Below, one piece after another: positions 9,859 to 19,868 of a stretch of 64,000 bases of DNA. Source of the stretch: an uncultured bacterium. Lineage in GTDB: Bacteria; Krumholzibacteriota; Krumholzibacteriia; LZORAL124-64-63. The DNA is taken from the NCBI GenBank assembly GCA_963732385.1, contig CAVSZB010000007.1, positions 992,001 through 1,056,000 on the forward strand, written 5' to 3'. Made by a program: the position numbers and the translations under genes. Below the pieces are notes generated by a model. The model was not told the origin of the DNA, searched no databases, and saw nothing but the letters and a program-made list of their open reading frames with translations. The first letter of the stretch is position 1; every line of letters begins with the position of its first letter.

Positions 9859-9889
9859 GGCAGCCCCCGGCGCGCGGACAGCGCGCGAT

Positions 9890-10933
9890 CTAGAACGGTT
9901 CCACCGTCGCTTCGCGCAGAAACCGCGCGGCCTCCTCCGGCGCGACCGGATTGATGTAGAAATCGGTGCCGGTTTCGAACCCGGCCACCTGCGTCAGCCG
10001 CGGCAGCAGCTCGAGATGCCAGTGGTAGTCCCACGCGAGCGTCTGCCAGAGCCCCCGTTCGCTGCCGTAGGCCTCCGTGTTGGGCGCCGTGTGCAGCACG
10101 AGATTGAAGGGTGGATCGGCCAGCACTCCCTGCAGCTGCCGCGCCACGGTCCCCAGACAACGCGCCAGAGCGGCCAGATCCTCAGCACCCGCGGCGCCGA
10201 AATCGTGCGCGTGGGTGCGCGGCAGGATCATGATCTCGAACGGGAAGCGGCTGGCGTAGGGGGCGAAAGCCACGAAACGTTCGCTCTCGTACACGACGCG
10301 CACGCCCCGGTCGAGCTCCTCGCCGAGCACGTCGCAGAACAGACAGCGCTCCTTGCGCTGGTAGTGTGCACGCGCCTGGTTCAGTTCCACCGTCACGGTG
10401 CGGGGAATGACCGGCGTGGCGATGATCTGGCTGTGGGGATGAGCCACCGTGGAGCCGGCGATGGCGCCGTGGTTCTTGAAGAAGAGGACGTATTTGAGCC
10501 GGCGGTCGCGATGCAGGTCGCGCAGACGCTCCCCCACGGCCCGCAGCAGCGTGGCCACCTCGCCGGCCTTCATGGCGGCCAGCCCGGAAACGTGCCCGGG
10601 GGTGTCGACGATGACCTCGTGCGCCCCGATGCCCCGCATGCAGTCGTGGATCCCCACGCCGCGGCGCTCCAGATCGCCCTCCACCGCGAGCGCGGGATAT
10701 TTGTTCGGAAACACCCGGACCTGCCACCCGGGGCCGTTGGGGCCGCCGCCCGGCGGACGGCCGAGGGCCAGCACTTCGGCCGGCGTGCGCTCCTCGTGGC
10801 CCGGACAGAACGGGCAGTACAGCGCACCGGACGGTTCGACCGCCGTCACCTGCAGTTCCCGCGGACGACGGCTGCGATCGGTGGCGATGATGACCCAGCG
10901 TCCCTGGATCAGGTCGTAGCGAAGCTCCGACAT
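9890..10933 (-). CDS. galT: GalT-family hexose-1-phosphate nucleotidyltransferase
   Basis: CPFCPGHE zinc site, NKYPAL, HEVI, catalytic HPHSQ, YHWH, AGFE. Confidence 0.88.
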   Translation of the reverse strand: MSELRYDLIQGRWVIIATDRSRRPRELQVTAVEPSGALYCPFCPGHEERTPAEVLALGRPPGGGPNGPGWQVRVFPNKYPALAVEGDLERRGVGIHDCMRGIGAHEVIVDTPGHVSGLAAMKAGEVATLLRAVGERLRDLHRDRRLKYVLFFKNHGAIAGSTVAHPHSQIIATPVIPRTVTVELNQARAHYQRKERCLFCDVLGEELDRGVRVVYESERFVAFAPYASRFPFEIMILPRTHAHDFGAAGAEDLAALARCLGTVARQLQGVLADPPFNLVLHTAPNTEAYGSERGLWQTLAWDYHWHLELLPRLTQVAGFETGTDFYINPVAPEEAARFLREATVEPF

Positions 10934-10987
10934 GCAATTCCCTCCCGCGGCGCTCCCGCGCGGTGATGAAATTCCGAAACGGCGGAC

Positions 10988-13296
10988 TCAGACGATCCAG
11001 TCGTCGGCATCGGTCGGTCCGCGCGGCGCCCGTACGGCGAGCGCGCCGCTCGCCGGCACGCGCAGCTCGGTGCGCCCCCCCCGTTCGAGCGTGATGAAGA
11101 AGACAAGCTCGTCGCCCGGAACCAGGCCGAGCCGGGGCCATGGCACGGCGACCTCGGCGATGCGGTCGCAGACGCCGGCCGGCTCCGCCGATGACGCCAT
11201 CCCCTCCACCTGCGGCAAGAGCGTGATGTCGCCGCGTCCGTCCTCCGTCCGGGGCAGGCGCAGCACGGCGACCCGGCGAGCGGCCCCGTCCGCCGCCGTT
11301 TTCCCCCCGGCACGGGCGCGCCGTCCCGTTCCGCGGCCGCCGTCGGCGCGACCACCTGCACGACGAGATCGAGCCCCCTGAACACCGTGGCCCCGTGTCC
11401 AGGAGCGGGATCGAGCCTCAGCAACAGTCGCTGTGGATCGGCGCCGAACCACAGCGCCGCCAGGGGCGAGTCTCCCCGGTGCATGGCGCCCCGCTCGCCG
11501 CCCGCATCGCACCGTCCGGCATCGAGCCATTCGAAGTAGTGCGTCACGCGGCCGTCGAGAGTCACGTCCAGCGGCGCCCGTGGCGCTAAGCCGGCCGCCG
11601 GCGCCAATGCCAGCGTGTCACGCAGCGGGACCGCCAGATCGGCCGGCGGAGTATCCCCGAGTTGCCGGTAGACATTGCCGAGGTGCGCCCGGAACAGGGC
11701 GTCGAACTCCGCGGCGAATTCCGTGGGGTGGTCATCGCCATACCACCAGAACCAGTCGCTGCCTTCGGCCGACGCCATGGCGCGCCAGGCGCACGCGAGC
11801 GGCGTAGTTGCGGCGGGACCGAGCAGGTCCGGGTCGGGGGCCGGCACGCGGCCACCGCCCGGCAGCGCCACCTCGCGCAGGGCGCCGGCGGCCGCCAGGC
11901 GCGGTTCGAGCCAGTCGCGGGTGGCGGCGAGACGGTCCCAGGCGCGGTTCTTCTGTGCATGACCGACCCAGGTGGTCAGGTCGCGTCGGATCCAGGAACC
12001 GGCGCGCAGACGCGGCAGCGGCCTCGGCGCCTCGCCGCCCCCTTCGTCCAGGAAATGCGAAAATGTGCTCCAGCGCAGCCCGGGCGCCGCCGCCACGCCA
12101 CGGTAGAAGCCGCGCAGGAAGTCGACCCCCTGGGCCGGATAGGCCTCCCAGGCGTTCTCTCCGTCCAGAATGATCGCCGTCAGGAAGCGCCCGGACGGCA
12201 GTTGGGCGCGGATTCCCTGCAAATGTCCGACGAGGTCGGCTGCGGCCCGCTCCCCCTCCCACCCCGCATAGACGAAACCGATGCGGTCGGACAGGCCCTG
12301 GTCGCGGAAGAAGAGGCTCGGCATACCGTCGCCCCCCCAGCGCCACGGCTGGAAGTGCCCGCCGGACGGCACAGCGCCGTCCCAGGAGGCGGCCAGCACA
12401 TCCTGGTCGCTGGCGAGCCAGCGCACCCCGCAGGCGGCGAAGACGCGGATCGCCTCCTCGCTCAGAGCCCCCTCGGCCGGCCACATTCCGCGCGGACGCA
12501 CGCCGAGCAGTCGCTCCGTTTCGTCCAGTGCGACCCGCACGTGCCACCAGGCATCGCCGGGACGGGTCACCCTCGCCGCCGGCAGCGTCAGGCCTGGGAT
12601 CGCCTCGAGGGCGGCCCGCGTGTCGCAGAGCAACGGCGCGATGGGGTGCGCCCAGGGCGTGCAGGAGACCTCGTGCGCACCGCCGCTCGCCAGCTCCCGA
12701 TAGGCCGGCGTCACCCGGGCGAGGAAGGCGTGCTGGAGGTCCAGGAGCCCGTGCTTCTCGTCGTTCGTGAAACCGCGCCCCTTGCGCAGCAGCGCGGCGA
12801 CCAGCGGCTCCTCGCGCAGGGTGCGCCCGGACCACGCCAGATGGAACCCGACCTGCAGATCGCGCAGCTCCGCGACGGTGAACGCCGCAGCGATTCGCTC
12901 TGGCGATTCATGCCTGCGCCTCTCCCGCTTGCGCCACAACTCGGCCAGGCGGGGCAGCTCCGCAAAACGTCGGCCATGGTGGAAGGCGAAGAAGCGCTTC
13001 AGCAGCAACGCGCGATCCGCCGGCGCCAGATCGGCCGGATCAGCGCGCGCCAGGGCGAGAAACTCATCCTCGCCGCGCCCGGCGGCCGCCGCGGCCAGCT
13101 GGCCCAGGAGGGTCGGCACCACGTTGAAAACCGTGCGCGCCTCTGGCACTTCGGTCGCCAGGCGCGCCATGTCGGCGTAGCTCGCGAGGGCATGCAGCCT
13201 GACCCACGGCATGACCACCCGGCCGGTGATCGGGTCGGTATAATCGGGCTGGTGCATGTGCCAGAGGACTGCAACCGCCAACTCCGTGGCAGCCAT
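10988..13296 (-). CDS. GH57 amylopullulanase-like glycoside hydrolase; -1 frameshift near 11299-11308
   Basis: WHMHQP, WPAEG (nucleophile), ILDGENAWE (acid/base), AEGSDWFWWYG. The plausible C-terminus (EVAVPW...DDWIV, stop 10988) lies in the -1 frame after a G6A4 run. Confidence 0.88.
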
Positions 13297-13476
13297 GGGC
13301 TCCCTCCCCGATCAGCGATTGACGACCCGCCGCGGGCCGGCGGGAAAGCGCACCACGCCGGCGACGCCAGCTTACACCGGCGGCGACCCGGTGGAAACGA
13401 CCCTTTGCGACGCGGACACCCCCGGTCGGGCCGTTCCGAACGGTGTACAGCCCCCCCCCGCGCCGGGCCTTACGCG

Positions 13477-14361
13477 TCAGAACAGCGGCAGCGTGAGTTC
13501 AGGCAGATCACCGGCCGCGAGACGCGAGGCGACGTAGTCGCCCATCGCCTGGAACCGGCCGCGTGCGAGCAGGGTGGCGAGTTTGCGCGGCATGGCCAGC
13601 TGGCCACCCTGGCTGCGCAGGCGGGTGACGGGGTCGAGCCGCACTTCAGGGCGCCAGGCATCGAGTTCCCAGGGATGCAGATAGTTGATTACCGGCACCC
13701 CCTGCCGGCGCGCGCAGGCGCGCAGCATGGCGTAGGCCGGCAGCGGCAGCAGGCGCAGGTAGCCGCCGCCGGAGAACGGCCAATTCTGGCCGACGCCGCG
13801 CACGGTCGTCATCGGCACCTCGACGAACGGCGTCGGGCCGGCGAGGCGGAACGGGTGCCGCGGCGCGCGCGTCTGGCCGTAGCGGGGATGTCGCACCGGG
13901 AACAGGGAGCTATCGTAGCGAAAGCCGCGATCGCGCAGCAGTTCGAGGTAGCCGTGCACCGGCGGCAGCAGCGTGAAGCTCGGCGCACGGTAGCCGTCCA
14001 CCCGGGTCACGCCGGCCGCCCGCAAGGCGGCCAGGGCACGGTCGAGATCGGCCAGGAAAGCCGCGCGGTCCAGCTTGTGCACCTCGGGATGCCCGTAGCT
14101 GTGGCAGCCGATCTCGTGCCCGGCCTCGACGATGCATCGCACCAGCGCGGGGTGACGTTCAGCCGTCCAACCCAGCACGAAGAAGGTGGCGCGCACGCCG
14201 TGGCGCGCCAGCAGTTCGAGACAGCGCTCGGTGTTGGCCACGACCCGCGAAGCCTGTTCCGCCCAGCGCTCCGGCGGCACCGTCGCCAGATAGTTGTGGC
14301 CGTGGAACCACTCCTCGACATCGATGGTGAGGATGTCCGGCGGCCCGTTCATCCTGCTCAT
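13477..14361 (-). CDS. Polysaccharide deacetylase (CE4, DUF3473-type)
   Basis: TIDVEEWFH, ATFFVLG, HEIGCHSYGH, GYRAPSF, YDSS, GGGYLR, YLHPWE; ATGA overlap with upstream gene. Confidence 0.9.
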   Translation of the reverse strand: MSRMNGPPDILTIDVEEWFHGHNYLATVPPERWAEQASRVVANTERCLELLARHGVRATFFVLGWTAERHPALVRCIVEAGHEIGCHSYGHPEVHKLDRAAFLADLDRALAALRAAGVTRVDGYRAPSFTLLPPVHGYLELLRDRGFRYDSSLFPVRHPRYGQTRAPRHPFRLAGPTPFVEVPMTTVRGVGQNWPFSGGGYLRLLPLPAYAMLRACARRQGVPVINYLHPWELDAWRPEVRLDPVTRLRSQGGQLAMPRKLATLLARGRFQAMGDYVASRLAAGDLPELTLPLF

Positions 14362-15020
14362 ACCCCTCCCTCGGCCCCCGACTTCGCCTCCGGCTCCGCC
14401 ACGCAGGCGAACTGCAGCCAGCGGGTGTCCCCCAGCCGGCCGAGCGCCGCCAGATTGATCAGCCGGAACTTCCACGAACGGGTCGGCGTGATGCCGGCCT
14501 GCCGCGTCAGGCGGTAGCCCGCCGTGGCGAACAGGCGACCCATGCTGCGACGCGTGTAGAAACGCACATGCGTGCGGTCGAGGATCCCCTCGTCGGCATA
14601 CTTCCATTCGCCGCCGACCACCAGATTCCACAGGTTGGGAAAATGCCGGACGTTCGGAATCGAGGCCACCACGCAGCCGCCCGGCGCCAGCTTGGGTCGC
14701 AACAGACGCAGCAGTGTTTCGGGCGCGTAGAGGTGCTCGAGCAGATCGTTCAGCACGGCGCAGTCGAAATAGGCGTCGGGCAGATCGGGCACGCGCGCCA
14801 GCGCATCGCCGGTGAGCACGCGATCGAGTCGCTCGACCGCCATCCCGGCGGCGAGCGGGTCGAGTTCGATTCCCCACACTTCGGCGCCGCGCGCCTCGCG
14901 CAGGCGCGACGCGAAGCACCCCTGTCCGCACCCCACGTCGAGGATGCGGCGCGCCCCGGCCGGCACGAACGGCACCATCTCCGGCCGCGGCCGCGCGAAG
15001 TAACCTGTCCCGCCCGTCAT
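14358..15020 (-). CDS. Class I SAM-dependent methyltransferase
   Basis: ILDVGCGQG, DLLEHL, SIPNV, GILDRTHVRFYT. Confidence 0.9.
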   Translation of the reverse strand: MTGGTGYFARPRPEMVPFVPAGARRILDVGCGQGCFASRLREARGAEVWGIELDPLAAGMAVERLDRVLTGDALARVPDLPDAYFDCAVLNDLLEHLYAPETLLRLLRPKLAPGGCVVASIPNVRHFPNLWNLVVGGEWKYADEGILDRTHVRFYTRRSMGRLFATAGYRLTRQAGITPTRSWKFRLINLAALGRLGDTRWLQFACVAEPEAKSGAEGGV

Positions 15021-15199
15021 GCGCGCTCCTCGCCCCCGCCTCGTGGCCGGGCGCCGCACAGCCTAGCACCCCGGACGGCGCCTCCGCCAGCCTCGACCTT
15101 GCCGTTCGGCCCCGCCGGCGCGGCGCACTCGACACGCCGCGCAACGCGGCCTAGACTGACGCCGGCCAGGGACACCCGCCACGGACGGAAAGAGCGCTC

Positions 15200-16816
15200 A
15201 TGCCTGACATCCTGCGCCGGACGACCGCTTTGGCGGTGCTGCTGCTGGTGACCGGGTCCGCAACGGCCCGCACCGCACCGCCTCCGCCGAACATTGCCGC
15301 GCCCGACTCGGCCTGGCTGCGCCTGACGCTCGCGCCGGAGCGCCTGTCCGGCCTGGCGCGACTCTGGTACCACCGGGACGAGGGACCGGGCGAGGCGCTG
15401 CTCCTGCTCGGCGCGGCGTACACGATCAGCGCGGTCAGGGTGGACGGTCAGCCCGCGGTCTGGCGCGAGACCGCCGCGCCCGGCGATTCGTCGGACCGCG
15501 ATCCGGCACCCGCGACCTGGCGCGCGGCCCGCGCGCTGCGGGTCACGCTGCCGGCGCCTGCAGCACTGCGGTCATCCGCCCGCGTGGTGGAGATCGCCTA
15601 CGACGGAGCGCAACAGGCCCGGGCACCGTGGTCCTTTCTCCTGCGTCCCGGCGACCTCTTCCACCCCCTCGCCCCCGGCACGTCGCTGGCGTGGCGCGTG
15701 GAACTGCCGGGCGTTGACGCCGCGACGGTGGCCGGCAACCTCGTCGCCGTCGGCGCAGGCTACCGGACGCCGCGGCCGGTCGCCGCGCTCTACCTGCTCG
15801 GCGCGCTTCACCCGTTGAAGTGGCGCGCGGTCGGGGAGCTGCGGCTCGCCTGCCTGGCGCCCCCCGGCGAAACGACGCCCCCAGCGACCTGGGACCGTTT
15901 GACGCGCCTGCTCGAGCGGGCCAGGGGGGATTGGGGCCCTTACCCCTGGCCGACGTTGGTGATCGTCCCGGACCCGGCGCGCGGCGACCGCCCCCGCGCC
16001 TATCCCGGCGTCATCGAAACCGGACCGGTCGCGGAGGGGGTGGCGGGCGATGCCGTGCTGCTGCACGAAATCCTGCACGGCTGGTTCGGACTCGGCGTGA
16101 CCGCGCCGCCATGGGGCGACTGGAGCGAGGGGCTGTGCGCCCTGCTGGCCGACCACGACCTGCGCGCCGCCGACAATCCCCAAGCCGCGGCTCTCTTCCG
16201 GCGCGGGCTGCTGCGGCGTTTCACCGCTCTGGCCGGCACACCGGCCGACGTCCCGCTGCGCGACTACGCGCCGGGCGACTCCGTCACCGACGTGGTCGGT
16301 TACGGCAAGGGTCTGTTCTTCTTCCTGGAGCTGCGTCGCGAACTGGGCGAGGCCCGCTTCGTGGAGGGGTTGCGGCGGTTGCAGAGCCGGCACGGCGGCG
16401 GACAGGCGGATTGGTCCGATCTGTTCCGCTGCTTTCCGGCCGACGCGTCCGGCGGCCTCGTGTCCTTCTTCACCGCCTGGCTTGACCGACCGGGGGGGCC
16501 GGGCCTTGCAGCCGAAAACGCCACCTACGACCGGGCCCGGCGCGAAGTGCGGGTGAACATCCGTCAGCGCGCCGCGGCGTCCGGTCTCCGATCGGGCCTC
16601 CCGCCCGCGCCGTGGCCGATGCGCGTGCGGCTGCGCCTGGACGGACTCTCGAGCGCCCCGGTCCTGGTCGCGCTGGACAGGGCGGAACGGATTTGTCGCC
16701 TGCCGGCCGCCACCATACCCACCGCCGTGACGGCAGACCCCTTCTGGGAGACTTTCCGGTTGCTCGAAGACCCCGATCCGCCGCGGGCGCCGCTCGGCGG
16801 ACGTTCCGGTCGGTGA
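15200..16816 (+). CDS. Secreted M1-family zinc aminopeptidase-like protein
   Basis: Signal-peptide-like N-terminus; HEILHGWFG...WSEGL (HExxH plus distal E); VGYGKG; canonical GAMEN motif absent. Confidence 0.8.
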   Translation: MPDILRRTTALAVLLLVTGSATARTAPPPPNIAAPDSAWLRLTLAPERLSGLARLWYHRDEGPGEALLLLGAAYTISAVRVDGQPAVWRETAAPGDSSDRDPAPATWRAARALRVTLPAPAALRSSARVVEIAYDGAQQARAPWSFLLRPGDLFHPLAPGTSLAWRVELPGVDAATVAGNLVAVGAGYRTPRPVAALYLLGALHPLKWRAVGELRLACLAPPGETTPPATWDRLTRLLERARGDWGPYPWPTLVIVPDPARGDRPRAYPGVIETGPVAEGVAGDAVLLHEILHGWFGLGVTAPPWGDWSEGLCALLADHDLRAADNPQAAALFRRGLLRRFTALAGTPADVPLRDYAPGDSVTDVVGYGKGLFFFLELRRELGEARFVEGLRRLQSRHGGGQADWSDLFRCFPADASGGLVSFFTAWLDRPGGPGLAAENATYDRARREVRVNIRQRAAASGLRSGLPPAPWPMRVRLRLDGLSSAPVLVALDRAERICRLPAATIPTAVTADPFWETFRLLEDPDPPRAPLGGRSGR

Positions 16817-16843
16817 GGCGGGAGCGGCCGCTCGGCGCGACGG

Positions 16844-18034
16844 TCAGCCGACGCGCGCGAGCGCCTGCGCCAGGTCTTCGGTGAGATCCCCGATGTCCTC
16901 GATCCCGACCGAAATACGGATCAGGCCGGGCGCGATGCCGGCCCGCGCCAACTCCGCGTCGGAGAGCGGGCCGTGCGTCATCGTCGCGGGGTGCTCGATC
17001 AGCGATTCCACACCGCCCAGGCTCACCGCCAGCACCAGCAGCCGCGTGGCCTCCACGAAGCGGAGCCCCGCCTCCCGCCCCCCCTTCAACTCGCACGCGA
17101 CCATGCCGCCAAACCCGTGCATCTGCCGGCGCGCCAGTTCGTGCTGCGGATGCTCCGGCAGGCCCGGATAGTGCACCCGCTCGACCGCGGGATGGGCGGC
17201 GAGAAAACGGGCCACGGCCAGGGCGTTTTCGTTGTGACGCTCCACGCGCACGGCCAGGGTCTTCATGCCACGCAGCAGGAGCGAGGCCGCGTGCGGATCG
17301 AGGCAGCCGCCAAGCAGCTTCTGCTTGCGCCAGATCCGCTCCATCACCGGCGCCGCACCGATCGCGCAGCCGGCGATGACGTCGGAATGTCCGGAGAGAT
17401 ACTTGGTGGCGCTGTGCACCACCACCTCGGCGCCCAGCGCGAGCGGGTTCTGGTTGATGGGCGAGGCGAAGGTGTTGTCAGCAACCGTGAGGATGCCCCG
17501 CGCACGCGCCTCCGCGGCGACGGCCGCGATGTCGGTCAGCACGAGTTTGGGGTTGTCGGGCGTCTCAACGTAGAAGACGCGCGTGTCGGGCCGCGCCGCC
17601 CGCGCGAAATTCCCCGGCTCGCGCGGATCGACGAAATCCACCGTCACGCCCAGGGCGCGCAGATCCCGGCCGAGCAGCTCGGTGGTGGCCGCATACAACG
17701 AATCGGCCGCCACGACATGGTCGCCGGGGCCGAGCAGGGCGTAGAGCGTCGTGCTGATGGCGGCCATGCCGGAGGCGAAGGCGAGCGCCTTCTCGCCCCC
17801 CTCGCAGTCGGCAACGACACGCTCCCACACCTCGACGGTCGGATTGCCCCAGCGGGTGTAGAAGGCCGACGGGTGGGTCTCGTCCGCGTATCGCGCCCCC
17901 TGCGCCGCGCTGGCGAGACGGAAGGTCGCACTCTGGTAAACCGGTGTGGCCATCGGCGCGGAAGGGGACTCCGCCGGCGGGTGATGCACCACGCGGGTCC
18001 GCAGGGCGGACCGACGAGTCGGATCAACGGTCAA
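16844..18034 (-). CDS. PLP-dependent Cys/Met metabolism enzyme (methionine gamma-lyase / cystathionine gamma-synthase family)
   Basis: YTRWGNPT, FASGMAAI, ETPDNP, DNTFASP, HSATKYLSGHSD, VSLGGVESL. Confidence 0.93.
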   Translation of the reverse strand: MTVDPTRRSALRTRVVHHPPAESPSAPMATPVYQSATFRLASAAQGARYADETHPSAFYTRWGNPTVEVWERVVADCEGGEKALAFASGMAAISTTLYALLGPGDHVVAADSLYAATTELLGRDLRALGVTVDFVDPREPGNFARAARPDTRVFYVETPDNPKLVLTDIAAVAAEARARGILTVADNTFASPINQNPLALGAEVVVHSATKYLSGHSDVIAGCAIGAAPVMERIWRKQKLLGGCLDPHAASLLLRGMKTLAVRVERHNENALAVARFLAAHPAVERVHYPGLPEHPQHELARRQMHGFGGMVACELKGGREAGLRFVEATRLLVLAVSLGGVESLIEHPATMTHGPLSDAELARAGIAPGLIRISVGIEDIGDLTEDLAQALARVG

Positions 18035-18061
18035 GACACGAGCCTCTCGCGGAGCGCCTCG

Positions 18062-18421
18062 CTACGGCTGCACCGGATAGCGATCCGGCCGCGCGAACAG
18101 ATCGATCAGGAAGGTGCGCTTACTGAAACTGGCGCGATGACTGGCGCCCTCGGGAATGTGATAGGCCTCGCCCTGCTGGTAGAGATCGGTGTGTCCGCCG
18201 ATCTCCAGCGTCATCTCGCCCGCGACCACGGTACCCCACTGTTCGCAGTGATTATGGTCGGGGAAGGAGGTGCCTTCATCCATCTCGAAGAAAACAACCT
18301 GTCGGTCGTCATTGCGCAGGCAATGGCCGATCACGCCCGAAACGGGCACGACAACCAGGGGCAGGGAGAGGATCTCCCGGGGCCAGAGGCTCTGTCCGGG
18401 CTCGGTCCTGCCGGTCTCCAT
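18062..18421 (-). CDS. Cupin domain protein
   Basis: PDHNH-CEQWGTVVAGE and YHIPEGASH cupin motifs; GAGGAG RBS before ATG 18421. Confidence 0.85.
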   Translation of the reverse strand: METGRTEPGQSLWPREILSLPLVVVPVSGVIGHCLRNDDRQVVFFEMDEGTSFPDHNHCEQWGTVVAGEMTLEIGGHTDLYQQGEAYHIPEGASHRASFSKRTFLIDLFARPDRYPVQP

Positions 18422-18564
18422 GCGCTCCTCCTCGTTTGGAAGGGTATCTCCGGAACGCGGTGCGCGCGTCCCGCAGGACATCTTAGCCTGCCGCCGGGGA
18501 AGTGCAAGAGCCGGACACGGCCGGGTGTCTCGGAACCGGCCGGGCGCACGGGCACGCGACCAGT

Positions 18565-19767
18565 TCAGCCATTGACAGCGCCACTGAGGTCGTTCGGCAG
18601 CCAGAAGCGGAAGACGCTCCCCTCGCCCGGCGTGCTCGCCACGACCAGGTCGCCCCCCATGCCCCGCACAATGCTCTGGCTGATCGCCAGGCCCAGTCCG
18701 GTGCCGCCGCAGCGACGGGCCGTGTCGGCGCGGCCCTGGTCGTAGGGGTCGAAAATCGCCGACAGCAGCGACGACGGGATCCCCTCGCCCGTGTCGGCGA
18801 TCTCCACTTCCAGCCACCCGGACCGCCCGGGACGGGGCCGGCAGTTCAGCGACACCCCGCCGCGGGAGGTGAACTTCACCGCGTTGCCGAGCAGATTGCA
18901 CAGCACCTGACGCACCCGCGTCGCGTCGCCCCGCTGCTCGACCGGCACCTCCGGGTCGATCCGCACCTCGAACGACAGACCCTTGACGAGCGCGGTGGGA
19001 CGCACCGCCTCCGCCGCCTCCCGGGCGGTCTCGCGCAGATCGTACCGAATCGTTTCGAAGCGCAGCCGACCGGCCTCGATCTTCGATAGATCGAGCACGT
19101 TGTTGATCAGCGTCAGCAGGGCCTCGCCGCACGCCTTGATGGCCGTGGCGTACTCCAGGGGCTCCGGCCCGAGCGGCAGCAGGTTGAGGAGATCGGCGTA
19201 GCCCATGATCCCGGTCAGCGGGGTGCGCAATTCATGCGACATGCTGGCCAGGAATTCACTGCGGTTGCGCGCCCTCCGTTCGACCTCCCGCCACGCCTCC
19301 GCCTCCTCCGCTCGCCGGACGGCAAGCGCCCCGACACTGTCGAGCAACTTCCCCCAGCCGGCATCCGCCTCCGGCACGCCATGCCCGAGGAGGGCGGCAG
19401 GCACCTGCTCGCCGTGACGTCCACGGACCCGCAGGGCGGTCGCGCGCACCAGACTGCCGCACGCCCCGCAGCGCCAGCCGGTCAGCCAGCCTCCCGCCGG
19501 CGCCGCCGGGAGGCCGGCCAGAAGTTCCGCGCGACAGTCCGCCGCCAGCGATCCGGCCCCCTCCGCCCCGCCCGGCAGCGTCCGCTCGCGCCAGCCGTCT
19601 CCCACGCGCTGGAACAACAGCACCCGCGGTCCGCCGGCGGCCGCGATCCCCGCCGCCAGCGCGCCCAGACTCGTTTCATCCAGCCGGCAGGACGCCACCA
19701 GCGCGTCCGACGCACCCGGGCAGACCGCCACTTCGCTGACATCGGTTTGGCGGGTGATCATGCGCAT
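18565..19767 (-). CDS. Orphan cytoplasmic histidine kinase
   Basis: SMSHELRTPL, NLLGNAVKFT, DTGEGI, GGTGLGLAI; no receiver domain; start uncertain (19761 or 19767). Confidence 0.88.
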   Translation of the reverse strand: MRMITRQTDVSEVAVCPGASDALVASCRLDETSLGALAAGIAAAGGPRVLLFQRVGDGWRERTLPGGAEGAGSLAADCRAELLAGLPAAPAGGWLTGWRCGACGSLVRATALRVRGRHGEQVPAALLGHGVPEADAGWGKLLDSVGALAVRRAEEAEAWREVERRARNRSEFLASMSHELRTPLTGIMGYADLLNLLPLGPEPLEYATAIKACGEALLTLINNVLDLSKIEAGRLRFETIRYDLRETAREAAEAVRPTALVKGLSFEVRIDPEVPVEQRGDATRVRQVLCNLLGNAVKFTSRGGVSLNCRPRPGRSGWLEVEIADTGEGIPSSLLSAIFDPYDQGRADTARRCGGTGLGLAISQSIVRGMGGDLVVASTPGEGSVFRFWLPNDLSGAVNG

Positions 19768-19814
19768 CCCGTGGGGAAAAGGCCGGCCGGACCGCAACCT
19801 AAAACCAGACTTTA

Positions 19815-19841
19815 GGTTCGGACGAGGCGACGGTTTCTTGA
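19815..19841 (-). promoter_or_regulatory. Putative sigma28 (FliA)-like promoter TCAAG-N14-TCCGAACC
   Basis: About 50 nt upstream of the orphan kinase; same spacing as the 37236-37262 motif. Confidence 0.4.
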
Positions 19842-19868
19842 GCCGGGATTGCGATCGCCGCGCGGATC

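Noticed and set aside
13297..13476. Possible c-di-GMP riboswitch upstream of GH57 (contains CGCAAAG)
   Set aside because: The GGCAAAC and GAAA-tetraloop elements are not visible; an Rfam scan would be needed.
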